From assembly GCA_027450045.1 (NCBI GenBank), contig DAIDKM010000003.1, positions 29,187 to 93,186 of the forward strand: a DNA stretch of 64,000 bases. Direction: 5' to 3'. A program made the translations under genes and the position numbers. This document shows, piece by piece, positions 1-10,622 of the stretch. Position 1 is the first letter of the stretch; each line of letters begins with the position of its first letter. Origin of the DNA: Paludibacter sp. (GTDB lineage Bacteria > Bacteroidota > Bacteroidia > Bacteroidales > Paludibacteraceae). Under the pieces are notes generated by a model. It had not been told where the DNA came from and ran no database searches. It worked only from the letters and a program-made list of their open reading frames with translations.

Positions 1-1670
1 GGTTTATGAATCGTCGGATCCATTGCCATATGTTGTAAGTCAGAAGGAGTAGGGTACATGTGGCTGACCATATCGGCCACGCTATTCATTTGCTCGTAAT
101 GTATAGGGCGCGAAGGATCCACTGCTCGTGCATAAGCAGCCATTATAGCGAAATTTTCGCCGTATCCTGCTTCATTCCCTAACGACCAGATGATGACTGA
201 GGGATGGTTTTTATCCCGTGCTATCATCCGTGCCATACGGTCAACACAGGCATTCGTCCAAAGGGGATCGCTGCCTGGAAGAAGTTCTCTTTCGTGCATT
301 CCATGCGACTCTAAATCAGCCTCATCAAGGACGTACATCCCATATTTATCAAAAAGGGCATAGTAACGGGGATCATGCGGATAATGAGACATGCGTACGG
401 TGTTGATGTTCGCTTGTTTTAATAACTTCACATCTTTCTCTATCCATTTGAAATCCACTGCTCGTCCATGATATGGGTCAAAATCCTGCATGTTGACTCC
501 TTTGAGCTTGACCGGAACGCCATTAACCAATAACATCCCGTCTTTGATCTCGATATTTCGGAAGCCAGTCGTTGTGCGTGCTGCCTCCAATACGTTGCCA
601 TTGGAATCCTTCATCACCAATACAACGGTGTAAAGATTGGGAGTCTCTGCCGTCCATTGCCCCGGATTTGGTACTTGTGCATAAAGTTCAGCAATCCCAT
701 CAGTTCCAGCCGGAATGTCGGTTATGGTCTTGGTTTGTGCTATCGGACCATTCCCAACCAATTTGCCTTGTTGATCATATAGGTATGCTTCTACGGTTGC
801 CGGTGGATAATTATCATCACTTGAATTTCGTACCTTAACAGTGATGTGCATCAGTCCGTTTTCATAACGATTATCGAGGCTTGAGCGCACAAAAAAATCT
901 TCCAAATGCTCTTTCGGGGTACTGTACAAATATACCGGACGGAATATGCCACAATATCGCCACATATCCTGATCTTCTAAATAGGAGCCGTCAGACCATC
1001 GATATACTTCCACCGCTAAACGGTTCTTCCCCTTTTTCAGAAACGGTGTCAGATTAAACTCTGCCGGCGTCATTCTTCCTTGACTGTACCCCACTTTTTC
1101 CCCGTTTACCCAAATGTAAAAAGCGCTTTCTACGCCATCAAAATGAATAAAAACTTCTCTTCCATCCCAATCTTGGGGTACTGTAAAGATAGTCAGGTAG
1201 GAACCAACCGGATTATTGTCAGCATTTACCAACGGTGGATGTGCAGGATAATCAGGATGAAACGGATACCGAATATTCAAATAAATAGGTCTGTCGTAGC
1301 CTTCTAATTGCCACATGCTTGGCACCGGTATTTTTGCCCATTTGCTGTCATTGAAGGCTGTTTTGTAAAAATCCTTTGGTCTTTCTGCCGGATTCTTCGA
1401 GAAATGGAAATGCCATTGACCATCTAATGATTGATAATAAGGGGTATGAACCGCCAGTGTACTATCTGCTAAAGCGCTTTGCTGATCAGGATAGTGCATG
1501 AAACTATAGTATGGCGGCTCTTTGTTGATTCCAATTACTTGTGAATTCTCCCAATCGGGCAGAATGTTTTCGCTTTTTTGTGCAAAAACAGAATAGGAAG
1601 CACTTGCAATCATTCCAAATAATAGGAGCGCAAGTGTGTGTGTTTTCTGAAACTTTAAATAATTACGCAT
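1..1670 (-). CDS. GH2 beta-galactosidase (LacZ-like), secreted; 3' part runs off the left edge
   Basis: Not in the ORF track because it is truncated. Manual translation from ATG 1670 (MRNYLKF...VFAQKSENILPDWEN) stays open to position 3. It contains FIHFDGVESAFYIWVNG, AVEVYRWSDGSYLEDQDMWR, NTVRMSHYP, DEADLESHG, RDKNHPSVIIWSLGNE (acid/base) and SHMYP. Confidence 0.93.
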   Translation of the reverse strand, partial: MRNYLKFQKTHTLALLLFGMIASASYSVFAQKSENILPDWENSQVIGINKEPPYYSFMHYPDQQSALADSTLAVHTPYYQSLDGQWHFHFSKNPAERPKDFYKTAFNDSKWAKIPVPSMWQLEGYDRPIYLNIRYPFHPDYPAHPPLVNADNNPVGSYLTIFTVPQDWDGREVFIHFDGVESAFYIWVNGEKVGYSQGRMTPAEFNLTPFLKKGKNRLAVEVYRWSDGSYLEDQDMWRYCGIFRPVYLYSTPKEHLEDFFVRSSLDNRYENGLMHITVKVRNSSDDNYPPATVEAYLYDQQGKLVGNGPIAQTKTITDIPAGTDGIAELYAQVPNPGQWTAETPNLYTVVLVMKDSNGNVLEAARTTTGFRNIEIKDGMLLVNGVPVKLKGVNMQDFDPYHGRAVDFKWIEKDVKLLKQANINTVRMSHYPHDPRYYALFDKYGMYVLDEADLESHGMHERELLPGSDPLWTNACVDRMARMIARDKNHPSVIIWSLGNEAGYGENFAIMAAYARAVDPSRPIHYEQMNSVADMVSHMYPTPSDLQHMAMDPTIHK

Positions 1671-1704
1671 AAGAGATAAGGTAAAAGATAAGTGACAAGT
1701 GATT

Positions 1705-3561
1705 CTATCTTTTTTGTTGTGTGTTTGTTAAGACGTGATTTAGTATGGGTTGCGCTATACCTCGCAATTTGGTTTGAGTAGGGTGATTGAGTTCCAGTAC
1801 CACCACTTCATTATTCCCTTTGTGTAACCATTCGGCAGGGAGATAAAGCGTTTGTTGCGGGCCTACAGACCAGTATCGTCCCAGATTATGCCCGTTTACC
1901 CATACGCAGCCTTTTCCCCACTCTTCCATGTCTAAATAGGTATCCCCAACTTGCGATAGGGTTAATGTGCCTTTTCGCAATAGCGGCTGATTGGGTATAA
2001 CTGGGGAGTTTGTCGACTTTAACAAAGGCATTGCTTGGAAAGGGAATCGGTACATTTGCCATCCCATCAGTTCCTTCTCTTTAAACAATACCTCATGTGT
2101 TATTCCTTTATGATTGTGCAATAAATACGGACCAAAGTTGATTCTCCCAAGGTTTTCAACCAAAATATCCAATACCACTTTCCCTTTTGGCATAATAACG
2201 GCCAAACTATCCTGATTCAATCGACGATCGAGTGTTCCCACTCGTTTCCCATTGATGAAGAGAATGCCATAGTCTCGCAATTGATCAATTTTTAAGATGC
2301 CCTGTGTGCCATCACCATTCAAAACCGTACGGTAAAGCACAAATCCGTAGGCTTGATGCAATTGCTCAAAAGTAAGCGGCGATGGATTTAAAATTGGTAC
2401 AGGTAAAGCACTCATCAGATTTTGTGCTGTCGTAAAATGAATCCATGGAGTGGGTACTGCTTTCTTTGCAGGGGGAACGGCTGGTAACACGGCACCTTTG
2501 GGCAAGTGTTTTTGTATGATTGCACGGAAGGCATAGAACTTTTTCGTCGGATTTCCTGCTTCATCTAAAGGAGCATCATAATCGTAACTGCTTATTTCCG
2601 GTTCGTAAGGAGTACCGTCTTTGTAATTGGCTCCATTCATAAACCCTCGCGTTGTACCTCCATGAAACATGTACATATTGATGGAGATTCCTGCAGCCAG
2701 AACGGAATCTAATCGGGCTGCACTTGCTTCTGCCCCAACCGTGTGATGTGGCGCTCCCCACCAGTCAAACCATCCCGGATACCACTCCGATATAAAATAA
2801 GGTCCTTTCCCTTGATTTACCGAGCGAATCACTTGCTTTACCTTTGAGGGATTGTCTAACCCATTGACAGCCGGTAATAAGCCGGGTAGATGGCCATTCT
2901 CAATGACGGTTGCAGGGTCACAGGTATATAATATGCCATCAAATCCTGCTTTGCGGAACATATCCCGATTCATGGCCAAGTATTCTTTGTCATTAGAATA
3001 GAAACCATATTCATTTTCCACCTGTACCATCAGAATATTACCGCCATGATTAATTTGTAACGGGGCTAATTGTTTGCCTACGGCATCAATATACTCTTTG
3101 TATGCTGCCATATAATGTGGTTCCTTACTTCGCACCACCAAACCCGGAATGTTTTGCAACCAATAGGGATAGCCACCAAATTCCCATTCGGCACACACGT
3201 AAGGGCTGGGACGAATAATAACCCAAAGCCCTTCTTGCTGGGCCATGCGTACAAAGGCTGCTATGTCACGATTGCCCGTAAAATCAAAATGCCCGGGTTG
3301 CGGCTCCTGTTCGTTCCAAAAGACATAGGTACTGATGGTATTTAACCCCATGGCTTTGGCCATCTCCATCCGGCTTCGCCATGCTGCCCTCGGTATGCGC
3401 GTGTAATGCATCTCCCCGGAAATCATTTGCAACGGTTTTCCATCCAATAGAAATACACTGTCGCCTAAAGCAAAAGTGTGCTTGATAGGTTGCTGGGCTT
3501 GGAGAAAAGCAGCACTAACAAAAAATAAAAACAAGAACAATAATACAGAACGGACTTTCAT
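1705..3561 (-). CDS. GH35 beta-galactosidase, signal peptide (probable start MKVRS at 3561)
   Basis: ISGEMHYTRIP, IRPSPYVCAEWEFGG, MVQVENEYG, SEWYPGWFDWWG, NMYMFHGGT, SYDYDAPL and GPQQTLY motifs. Confidence 0.93.
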   Translation of the reverse strand: MKVRSVLLFLFLFFVSAAFLQAQQPIKHTFALGDSVFLLDGKPLQMISGEMHYTRIPRAAWRSRMEMAKAMGLNTISTYVFWNEQEPQPGHFDFTGNRDIAAFVRMAQQEGLWVIIRPSPYVCAEWEFGGYPYWLQNIPGLVVRSKEPHYMAAYKEYIDAVGKQLAPLQINHGGNILMVQVENEYGFYSNDKEYLAMNRDMFRKAGFDGILYTCDPATVIENGHLPGLLPAVNGLDNPSKVKQVIRSVNQGKGPYFISEWYPGWFDWWGAPHHTVGAEASAARLDSVLAAGISINMYMFHGGTTRGFMNGANYKDGTPYEPEISSYDYDAPLDEAGNPTKKFYAFRAIIQKHLPKGAVLPAVPPAKKAVPTPWIHFTTAQNLMSALPVPILNPSPLTFEQLHQAYGFVLYRTVLNGDGTQGILKIDQLRDYGILFINGKRVGTLDRRLNQDSLAVIMPKGKVVLDILVENLGRINFGPYLLHNHKGITHEVLFKEKELMGWQMYRFPFQAMPLLKSTNSPVIPNQPLLRKGTLTLSQVGDTYLDMEEWGKGCVWVNGHNLGRYWSVGPQQTLYLPAEWLHKGNNEVVVLELNHPTQTKLRGIAQPILNHVLTNTQQKR

Positions 3562-3681
3562 AGTTGATCGTTTTTTTAGATAAGTGAGTTTTATTGTCAA
3601 CGCACGAACCAGATTATGCAATAGTATGGTTAGAAAAAATTACAGCGTTTGTGAGATTAGGATACTCCTATTGTATTCACT

Positions 3682-5643
3682 TTATTTTCGAGGAAGTGAG
3701 ATTGAGAATTTGTCGGAACCAGACAGTCTCTTGCTCTTTGATGTTAACAATATTCGATATACATAATCTCTTCCCCAAGCTGTATGTAAACGATCATCAG
3801 GATAAGTCTTTTTTTCAATAGTAACATCAAACTTTTCAGCAGGATAATGAAAATGAAGAACATGATTGTTTATTTGAAAATCAATCATACCTGGCTTCAC
3901 CAATGCAGGTTTTGGGAATGTCATGAATGATAATACGAAAGGCTTCACGAAAGAATCTAAAACATAAGAATCTTCAAGTTCAAAACCGGATGATCTTTTC
4001 AATGTATAGGTTCGTATCCATGTTTTGACATGTGCATTTTCAGGGTAAGCTTTCGCTATATCCAACGAAAATCTGGCAGTTTGTGGATTGTTTTTAAACT
4101 TTACATTTTGTGCTACATATTGTAGTCCATTCTTTTGTAATACTCCGTTAATTGTAGGTAGATTGTGGTATGCCGATTGCATAGTCCATATTTCATAACG
4201 ATGTGAACTAAAAGTTTGCGCTGTATAATCGCCTACACCAACATCAATAAACAAAGGGGTTCCATTATAGTACAATATAAATGATCCGACATCATTATGA
4301 CTGTGACTCCCGGAATCGTGCCCGCCCTTGGCGGCAAAAAAGAATCCGGCGCACGAGCTTTGTACGCTTCTGGCTGTGCACACTTGGATGTCAGGCAACC
4401 AACTATAAGAAAGTAACGGAGCTTTCGGAGATATTTGCTTTAATCCCTGAATAGCCGAAAAAGAGGCAAGAAAATCATAGAGGGAACCATAATCACTTTT
4501 GATAGCTTTTCGATCGTAATGAGATCGTGAAGAAAAATAAGAAGCAAAGCCAAGCATATCAGGATCATTTGTCTGTTTGCCAATATGATATAAAAGTCCA
4601 GGATCAGGAAAGACGGTGGCACTCGCATCTGCAAAATTGACAAAATAGTCGTCACAAATATGTATGCGATAAATATAACGTGCCATTTCGTTGATTTTCT
4701 GATTATGGTACAAATTAATTGCTCCGTTGGATGCACTATATAACAAATCTAAACATTGGAATAAATCACCGGCTGCCCGATTCCAATAATCAGGACCTTC
4801 CTCACAACCACCATCATTCGTGTAAGAATCGATAAAATGATCTAAACTCATTATTGATCTATGCAATGCTACAGCTCTTTTCTCAGGATTTTTCTCCATT
4901 AACAAGATACATGCAAGCCAGTTAGAGTTAATCCATGGATTCCAATTATTTACCGGTCTGTTATTAAATCCCATCCAATCAAAATCCGTTTTCATACAAG
5001 GTTCAAGCATTCTTCTATTCACTTCATCAAACATGCGTTGACGTATGATAGGTGAAACGCTATCTAACTCATCTTTCAATAAATAATATGTCCAGGCAAA
5101 CAAACTAGCGGTTTCGGCATTGAAAAGATCTACAATCTGATCATTCTCATCGGGAAACCCTTTGGTGCTATTTCTATAACTGAGATGAGCCGGAATGCCC
5201 CAAAATGTTTCTTCGCTAGTAGCCCAAATCCCATTAATGATGTCATTTAAAAAACGACCTTTGCCTTCCACTACTTCTGCCATCACGAGAGATGCCAACC
5301 GCTCTCTTCTGCCAAAAATAAGCGATTCATACCTGGTACGATTCCCATTTCGGTAAAAAGATAGAAAATCACTTACAGGCAGTACTTTCCATGGTTTATG
5401 TATCCATTTTTCTCCTTCGGCAATATACGCAGCCTTTAATTGTGGAGAAAGCATTTTATCCCATTGTGTTCGTTGAGCTTCTACAGGAAAAGGATGAAAA
5501 TCCGCTTGTGATTGAATGTGGTTTGTTAAATACTCCATAGTACACAGGCTGGATAGCAGTCGTTTTTGCTCTTGAGCCTGTACCTCATTTAGTAGTATAA
5601 AAGCAAACAAAAATAAAAAAAATGATCTGGGAATTGTTCTCAT
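3682..5643 (-). CDS. Heparinase II/III-like polysaccharide lyase (possibly PL33-type)
   Basis: Signal peptide ending VQA|Q; NNWNPWINSNW, GGCEEGPDYW, FVNFADA, KGGH..SHSHNDVGSF and YHNLPTING, typical of Hepar_II_III-domain proteins. The PL subfamily is inferred only. Confidence 0.8.
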   Translation of the reverse strand: MRTIPRSFFLFLFAFILLNEVQAQEQKRLLSSLCTMEYLTNHIQSQADFHPFPVEAQRTQWDKMLSPQLKAAYIAEGEKWIHKPWKVLPVSDFLSFYRNGNRTRYESLIFGRRERLASLVMAEVVEGKGRFLNDIINGIWATSEETFWGIPAHLSYRNSTKGFPDENDQIVDLFNAETASLFAWTYYLLKDELDSVSPIIRQRMFDEVNRRMLEPCMKTDFDWMGFNNRPVNNWNPWINSNWLACILLMEKNPEKRAVALHRSIMSLDHFIDSYTNDGGCEEGPDYWNRAAGDLFQCLDLLYSASNGAINLYHNQKINEMARYIYRIHICDDYFVNFADASATVFPDPGLLYHIGKQTNDPDMLGFASYFSSRSHYDRKAIKSDYGSLYDFLASFSAIQGLKQISPKAPLLSYSWLPDIQVCTARSVQSSCAGFFFAAKGGHDSGSHSHNDVGSFILYYNGTPLFIDVGVGDYTAQTFSSHRYEIWTMQSAYHNLPTINGVLQKNGLQYVAQNVKFKNNPQTARFSLDIAKAYPENAHVKTWIRTYTLKRSSGFELEDSYVLDSFVKPFVLSFMTFPKPALVKPGMIDFQINNHVLHFHYPAEKFDVTIEKKTYPDDRLHTAWGRDYVYRILLTSKSKRLSGSDKFSISLPRK

Positions 5644-5739
5644 CCTGGCAAATTGTTTAATAGTAGAATTTCAAAATGATGTTATAATGCTTTTGAAAAT
5701 TATTTAGCTGATAATTTATAGCTAAATGTTCAGTGCAAA

Positions 5740-6951
5740 TTAGCGTTTATGCGGGAACAATGGTTCTCCTAAAAGTAGTTTGCGATAGCGCAATAAAGCC
5801 TCAATGTAATAGTAATCAGCATACGATAATGGAACATCTACTTCTGTATGACCAGGTAACGAACCTACGCTATGCATTAATATAAAATCGCCGTTACTTC
5901 CTAATTGTGCCCGAAATACGGGCGACGATAAAGTTCTGATTTGCATTGCTGCAACGTGTAAATATTCTTTAGATGCTTTTTTAGGAACATATTGACTTAG
6001 TTCTATAAAAGCGGAACACATAACGGCTCCTGCCGAAGCATCGCGATATGTATGAGGTATGGCAGGATCATCAAAATCCCAATATGGAATTTTGTCTTTA
6101 GGCAAATGAGGATTATTCAATATGAAAGAGGCAACTTTTTCTGCTTGATCCAAATATTTTGAATTTCCTGTTTTGCGATAACACATGGTATAAGCATACA
6201 ATGCCCATGCCTGTCCGCGAGCCCATGACGATGAATCGGAATAGCCTTGTACCGTTTTATGCGCAATGGCCCTACCTGTGATTGTGTCATACGAAACAAG
6301 GTGAAAACAACTCCCATTGGGTCTGAATTGATTTTCCAATGTCTTATTAGCATGTGAGATAGCAATTTGTTCATACCTTTTATCTCCTGATAAATGTGTT
6401 GCATTAAACATCAATTCAAGATTCATCATATTGTCAATAATCACCGGATATTCCCATTTTGTTCCATTCCAGGAGCGGATGCACCCGACAACCGGATTGA
6501 AGCGGGTGCTTAATGAATGTGCTGCATTTTCTAATACTTTTTTGTATGCTGAATTTCCGGTGATGCGATATCCATTCCCAAAACTGCAGTTGATGATGAA
6601 TCCAACATCGTGAGTGTCAGTTGTGTATTGTTGACTTGCTACTCTTTGTGTAAATGTTTCTGCGTATGATTTCAATTGATTGTCTTTTGAATATTCGTAT
6701 AAATACCAAAGTGATCCTGAGAAAAAACCACTTACCCACCAAGAAGGCGAACAAGTAACTAAGTTTCCTTGTTTATCGATGGTTTGTGGCAATCGTCCCG
6801 GATGATTGAGCATCGTTATTGCCATGAGTGAATCTTGTTTAATGGCAAAATTCAGATTGTGGTCAATTAAAGACAATAAAGATTCGGCCTGGATTTGCCC
6901 AATTGGGATATATAATAATAGCAGTAGCCCCCAAAAATATTTTCTAAGCAT
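5740..6951 (-). CDS. GH88 unsaturated glucuronyl hydrolase
   Basis: WVSGFFSGSLW, HDVGF, VIIDNMMNLE, WARGQAW, DASAGA and YADYYYIEAL motifs. Confidence 0.92.
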   Translation of the reverse strand: MLRKYFWGLLLLLYIPIGQIQAESLLSLIDHNLNFAIKQDSLMAITMLNHPGRLPQTIDKQGNLVTCSPSWWVSGFFSGSLWYLYEYSKDNQLKSYAETFTQRVASQQYTTDTHDVGFIINCSFGNGYRITGNSAYKKVLENAAHSLSTRFNPVVGCIRSWNGTKWEYPVIIDNMMNLELMFNATHLSGDKRYEQIAISHANKTLENQFRPNGSCFHLVSYDTITGRAIAHKTVQGYSDSSSWARGQAWALYAYTMCYRKTGNSKYLDQAEKVASFILNNPHLPKDKIPYWDFDDPAIPHTYRDASAGAVMCSAFIELSQYVPKKASKEYLHVAAMQIRTLSSPVFRAQLGSNGDFILMHSVGSLPGHTEVDVPLSYADYYYIEALLRYRKLLLGEPLFPHKR

Positions 6952-6978
6952 AATAAATTTAATGATTTTATAATTGTA

Positions 6979-9048
6979 TTATTGAAGTTTGAAAGCGCCT
7001 CTTAACCGAATATCACGGGATGACGCAGCCGCATTAACAGTATAAATTCCCGGTAATATTTTCCATGAATGGGATAGGCTATCCCAATAAGATAATGCAC
7101 GGGCATTAAGGGTGATGCTAACATGGACTGATTGACCCGGAGCCAGGTCTACACGTTGAAATCCTTTTAATTGTAAAGGTGGTTGCGGAATATTTGACGT
7201 TGATGGCATTCCAAGGTAAAGCTGGGCAACTTCTGCTCCCGCACGTTTCCCTGTGTTTGTTACCGTAAATCCGACTATAACTGTTTTTGCATGATCAGGT
7301 TTTGAAATTTTAAGATCTTTGTATCCGAAAGTGGTGTATGACAGTCCGAAACCAAAGGGGAACAATGGCTCGATGCGTTTTGCATCATACCAACGATATC
7401 CGACTAATAAATCTTCTGAATAATGAACGGTTCCGTTTATGCCGGGATATTGTTCAGCCGTTTGGGTAGGTAAATCCGTATCTTTTTTTGGAAAGGTGAT
7501 TGGAAGTTTCCCTGAGGGATTGACTATTCCAAATAAAACATCCGCCACAATGTTTCCGTCTTCTTCTCCGGGATACCACGCCTCAAGAATGGCTGATGCT
7601 TTGTCAATCCATGGCATAAGAATTGGACCTCCTGTTTTCAATACGACAATGGCATGAGGATTTGTACTTAATACTGCCTCTGCTAACTCATTCTGATTGC
7701 CACTGAGTGAAATGGAATGGTCCCTCCCTTCTGTTTGTCTATCTCCCAATATCAGAATTGTCACATCAGCATTTTTAACCATGGCAACGGCTTTTGCCAA
7801 ATCCATACCATCATTTATCTGAATTGCCACATTTTTCCCAACTATGGTACGAATGCCGTCATTAGGTGAAATTCTGAGTATTGGATTTACATACGAACTA
7901 CCGCCTCCACCCGTCATAGCTTGCTCAGCAAAGGGCCCAATGAGAGCAATAGAATGAATAGTTTGAGGATTAAGCGGAAGTAAGCCGCTGTTGTTTTTAA
8001 GTAACACAACACCTTCTGTGCCAAGTTTTCTTGCGATTTCGGCATCTTTTTGAACAGGAATGTTTCCTGTTGCATGTAACTTATCCCATACGCCAAAACG
8101 CATCATGGTTCTATACCTGCGAATTAGCTTATCATCTAATAACGACACCGGAATTTTGCCGGCTTCAACAGCTTGTTTGAGTGAATCACCAAAATAAATA
8201 CCTGTCGGCATTTCTAAATCAAGCCCTGCTTTGGCCGAAGGTATGGTGCTGTGAACGGCGCCAAAGTCAGAAGTTATAAAACCATTAAATTTCCATTCGT
8301 GTTTCAGCACTTGGTTCAACAAGAAATCATTTTGACAACAATAAGTCCCGTTGACTTTGTTATAAGCAGCCATTACAGAACCAACATGTCCTTCTTTGAC
8401 TGATGCTTCGAATGCCGGCAAATATATTTCACGAAGTGTTCGTTCCCCTATGATCTCATTAATTTTAAACCGATTTTGCTCTTGATTATTTGCTGCATAA
8501 TGTTTTACATTGGCAATAATTCCACAGCTTTGAATCCCTTTAATTTCAGAGACAGCTATTCGACTTGTTAAAAACGGATCTTCGCCAAAGCTTTCAAATG
8601 TCCTTCCGCCATGGGGTGTGCGTGCTATGTTTACATCTGGTGATTCTAGTAATAAATTTCCCAATAAAACCGACTCACTACCGGCAATCTTGCCATACGA
8701 ATAAGCAGCCTGAGTGTCCCACGCTGCGGCAAGCGATATGGCTGCCGGTAGAGCCGTGGCTTTTCCTTCATGTCCGGGCCCGGCAGGTCCGGCACCGACA
8801 GGTCCATTGCAAACCGTAAGTGCCGGTATTCCTAATCGGGGAATGCCAGGAACAATTCTATATGCAGTGTCATTTCTGATGCCATGTAATTGAGCAATTT
8901 TTTCATCTAATGTCATTTGTGCTACAATTGTGCGGGCTTGTGCATCAAAATCCGAATATGATTTTTGGCCTTTGTTTTCATTTATGCCTTTTAAAACTAA
9001 TGGCATGACCAGGAAAATTCCCATGAAAATACAAAAAAACTTTTTCAT
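6979..9048 (-). CDS. GH3 beta-glucosidase-like glycosidase with FnIII C-terminus
   Basis: GGRTFESFGEDP, KHYAANNQE, GFITSDFGA (nucleophile), NPSGKLPITFP, LFPFGFGLSYT and LKGFQRV. Confidence 0.92.
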   Translation of the reverse strand: MKKFFCIFMGIFLVMPLVLKGINENKGQKSYSDFDAQARTIVAQMTLDEKIAQLHGIRNDTAYRIVPGIPRLGIPALTVCNGPVGAGPAGPGHEGKATALPAAISLAAAWDTQAAYSYGKIAGSESVLLGNLLLESPDVNIARTPHGGRTFESFGEDPFLTSRIAVSEIKGIQSCGIIANVKHYAANNQEQNRFKINEIIGERTLREIYLPAFEASVKEGHVGSVMAAYNKVNGTYCCQNDFLLNQVLKHEWKFNGFITSDFGAVHSTIPSAKAGLDLEMPTGIYFGDSLKQAVEAGKIPVSLLDDKLIRRYRTMMRFGVWDKLHATGNIPVQKDAEIARKLGTEGVVLLKNNSGLLPLNPQTIHSIALIGPFAEQAMTGGGGSSYVNPILRISPNDGIRTIVGKNVAIQINDGMDLAKAVAMVKNADVTILILGDRQTEGRDHSISLSGNQNELAEAVLSTNPHAIVVLKTGGPILMPWIDKASAILEAWYPGEEDGNIVADVLFGIVNPSGKLPITFPKKDTDLPTQTAEQYPGINGTVHYSEDLLVGYRWYDAKRIEPLFPFGFGLSYTTFGYKDLKISKPDHAKTVIVGFTVTNTGKRAGAEVAQLYLGMPSTSNIPQPPLQLKGFQRVDLAPGQSVHVSITLNARALSYWDSLSHSWKILPGIYTVNAAASSRDIRLRGAFKLQ

Positions 9049-9163
9049 TATGAATTAATTAAAGATTGTGGTTTGATTTATTTTACCAATCAGTTTTTAT
9101 TTGATATTACTACTCTTTGTAATAGATATTCAAAAGTATAGATTAAATATATATATTGTCGTT

Positions 9164-10411
9164 TTAATTGATATAATGAAATTCTAAAGCGTGATCTGCT
9201 TTGACGTCTTGTCCTGACCAAACTTTGACAGCAGTCCATGGAGCTGGGGGATCTGTCCAGAAATGATCGTTTGCAGGCAGACCTAATGGTAAAAATATGG
9301 CAGTACACAGATATGAGCTACCTGTTGTAATATAAAATTCAGCCAAATCAGGTTGACTACCATACAACCCGATGTTTAACCATCCGTCATGGGTAAATGT
9401 TGAAGGTGCTTCCATTGTTTTTTTGATGACAGCCGTTAGCGCAGCTCTTACTTGTCCTGGTTTGAGTGATTCAGGAAGGTCGTCTCGTAATGCCATATCT
9501 GATAAGAGTTGAAAAGCGCCTCCACGATATACTATTGATCTGCCTATGACAGGAAATGATCCATCGGCGTTAATCATTCGCTCTTGAATTTCTGCATACC
9601 GTTTATTGATAGCTTCTAATTTTGGCTCAAACCATTTATACCTTTCCGTTTTGGAATCTATTATATGAATAATCGTATATAAATAGGGCTGAATAACATA
9701 GCTGTTATAGTAATTGAGGTCAAATTGCATGCCGTCAGAAAACATGCCATCTCCTGTGTACCAGTGTTCTGAAAATTCTCTAATGCCGTAATCAATTCGG
9801 ACAGGATCAAATGGCAACCCATATTTACAAAAAAACGATTCAATCATTCCACTAAAAAGAAGCCAATTCGTGTATACGGGTACAGTGGATCTAGTTAATT
9901 TTAATGCTGTTACAACTTGATTCTTGACATTTTGATCTAAATGTTCCCATAACCATGGTGCACGAATCAAAGCTAACGCGAAAAATGATGCATCTACCAA
10001 AGGTTGTCCTCCTGTCCATAATAAGTAATCTTTTGCCTGAGGATTTACTGCATTTGCAATGGCTTTTAACGCCCATGCTCTGTATTGATTCCGCAAGGCT
10101 ATCTCTTTATTTGATCCACCTTCTCCGTTTAGCCATGGGGCAATCCCGCTGAGAGTTCGTCCAAAGGCTTCTAAATATGCTGATTTAGTTCGTTGCTGTG
10201 GATTGTCTATTGCTTTAGACAATATTATCGGCATTTTTTCTTTTAACTGATCATTTGCAAGATTATGCATAACCGGCCTTGCAATTTTGTCCATGTAGCT
10301 TAACCAAATCTGCCGATTCGCTTCTGCTGTGGAATCCGGGTTTGTCTGTGACATAATCGGGGAAAATGAGCAAAAGAATAAAACTGATAATAGGGCAATA
10401 GCTTGTTTCAT
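9164..10411 (-). CDS. DUF2264-family protein (GH154-like, putative beta-glucuronidase); probable start MKQAI at 10411
   Basis: YLEAFGRTLSGIAPWL, NWLLF, WYTGDGMFSDG, YNSYVIQP, GRSIVYR and YITTGSSYLC motifs; signal peptide. Confidence 0.8.
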   Translation of the reverse strand: MKQAIALLSVLFFCSFSPIMSQTNPDSTAEANRQIWLSYMDKIARPVMHNLANDQLKEKMPIILSKAIDNPQQRTKSAYLEAFGRTLSGIAPWLNGEGGSNKEIALRNQYRAWALKAIANAVNPQAKDYLLWTGGQPLVDASFFALALIRAPWLWEHLDQNVKNQVVTALKLTRSTVPVYTNWLLFSGMIESFFCKYGLPFDPVRIDYGIREFSEHWYTGDGMFSDGMQFDLNYYNSYVIQPYLYTIIHIIDSKTERYKWFEPKLEAINKRYAEIQERMINADGSFPVIGRSIVYRGGAFQLLSDMALRDDLPESLKPGQVRAALTAVIKKTMEAPSTFTHDGWLNIGLYGSQPDLAEFYITTGSSYLCTAIFLPLGLPANDHFWTDPPAPWTAVKVWSGQDVKADHALEFHYIN

Positions 10412-10567
10412 AACAGTGGTGACAATTGAATTGTGAAAACAAATAAGTATTTCTATTCGATGGTAAGCCTTTTCTCTCAAAAAGTTCGTTGAAGAAGTCT
10501 TCTGTTTTTGTATAAAATAATGCAAGGTAGTCTATACCCTAATTCACTTTATCTCAACTACAAAAAA

Positions 10568-10611
10568 TCAGATGGAGGATTTATCGTCTGATGACTCAAT
10601 CCTCCATCTGA
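10568..10611 (-). terminator. Stem-loop / intrinsic terminator after susD
   Basis: Perfect 14-bp inverted repeat TCAGATGGAGGATT...AATCCTCCATCTGA followed by a T run on the minus strand. Confidence 0.8.
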
Positions 10612-10622
10612 AAAATTAGGGT

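Noticed and set aside
1-1670. GH2 pseudogene, suggested by its absence from the ORF track
   Set aside because: Manual translation is open from ATG 1670 to the window edge; it is only truncated by the window.
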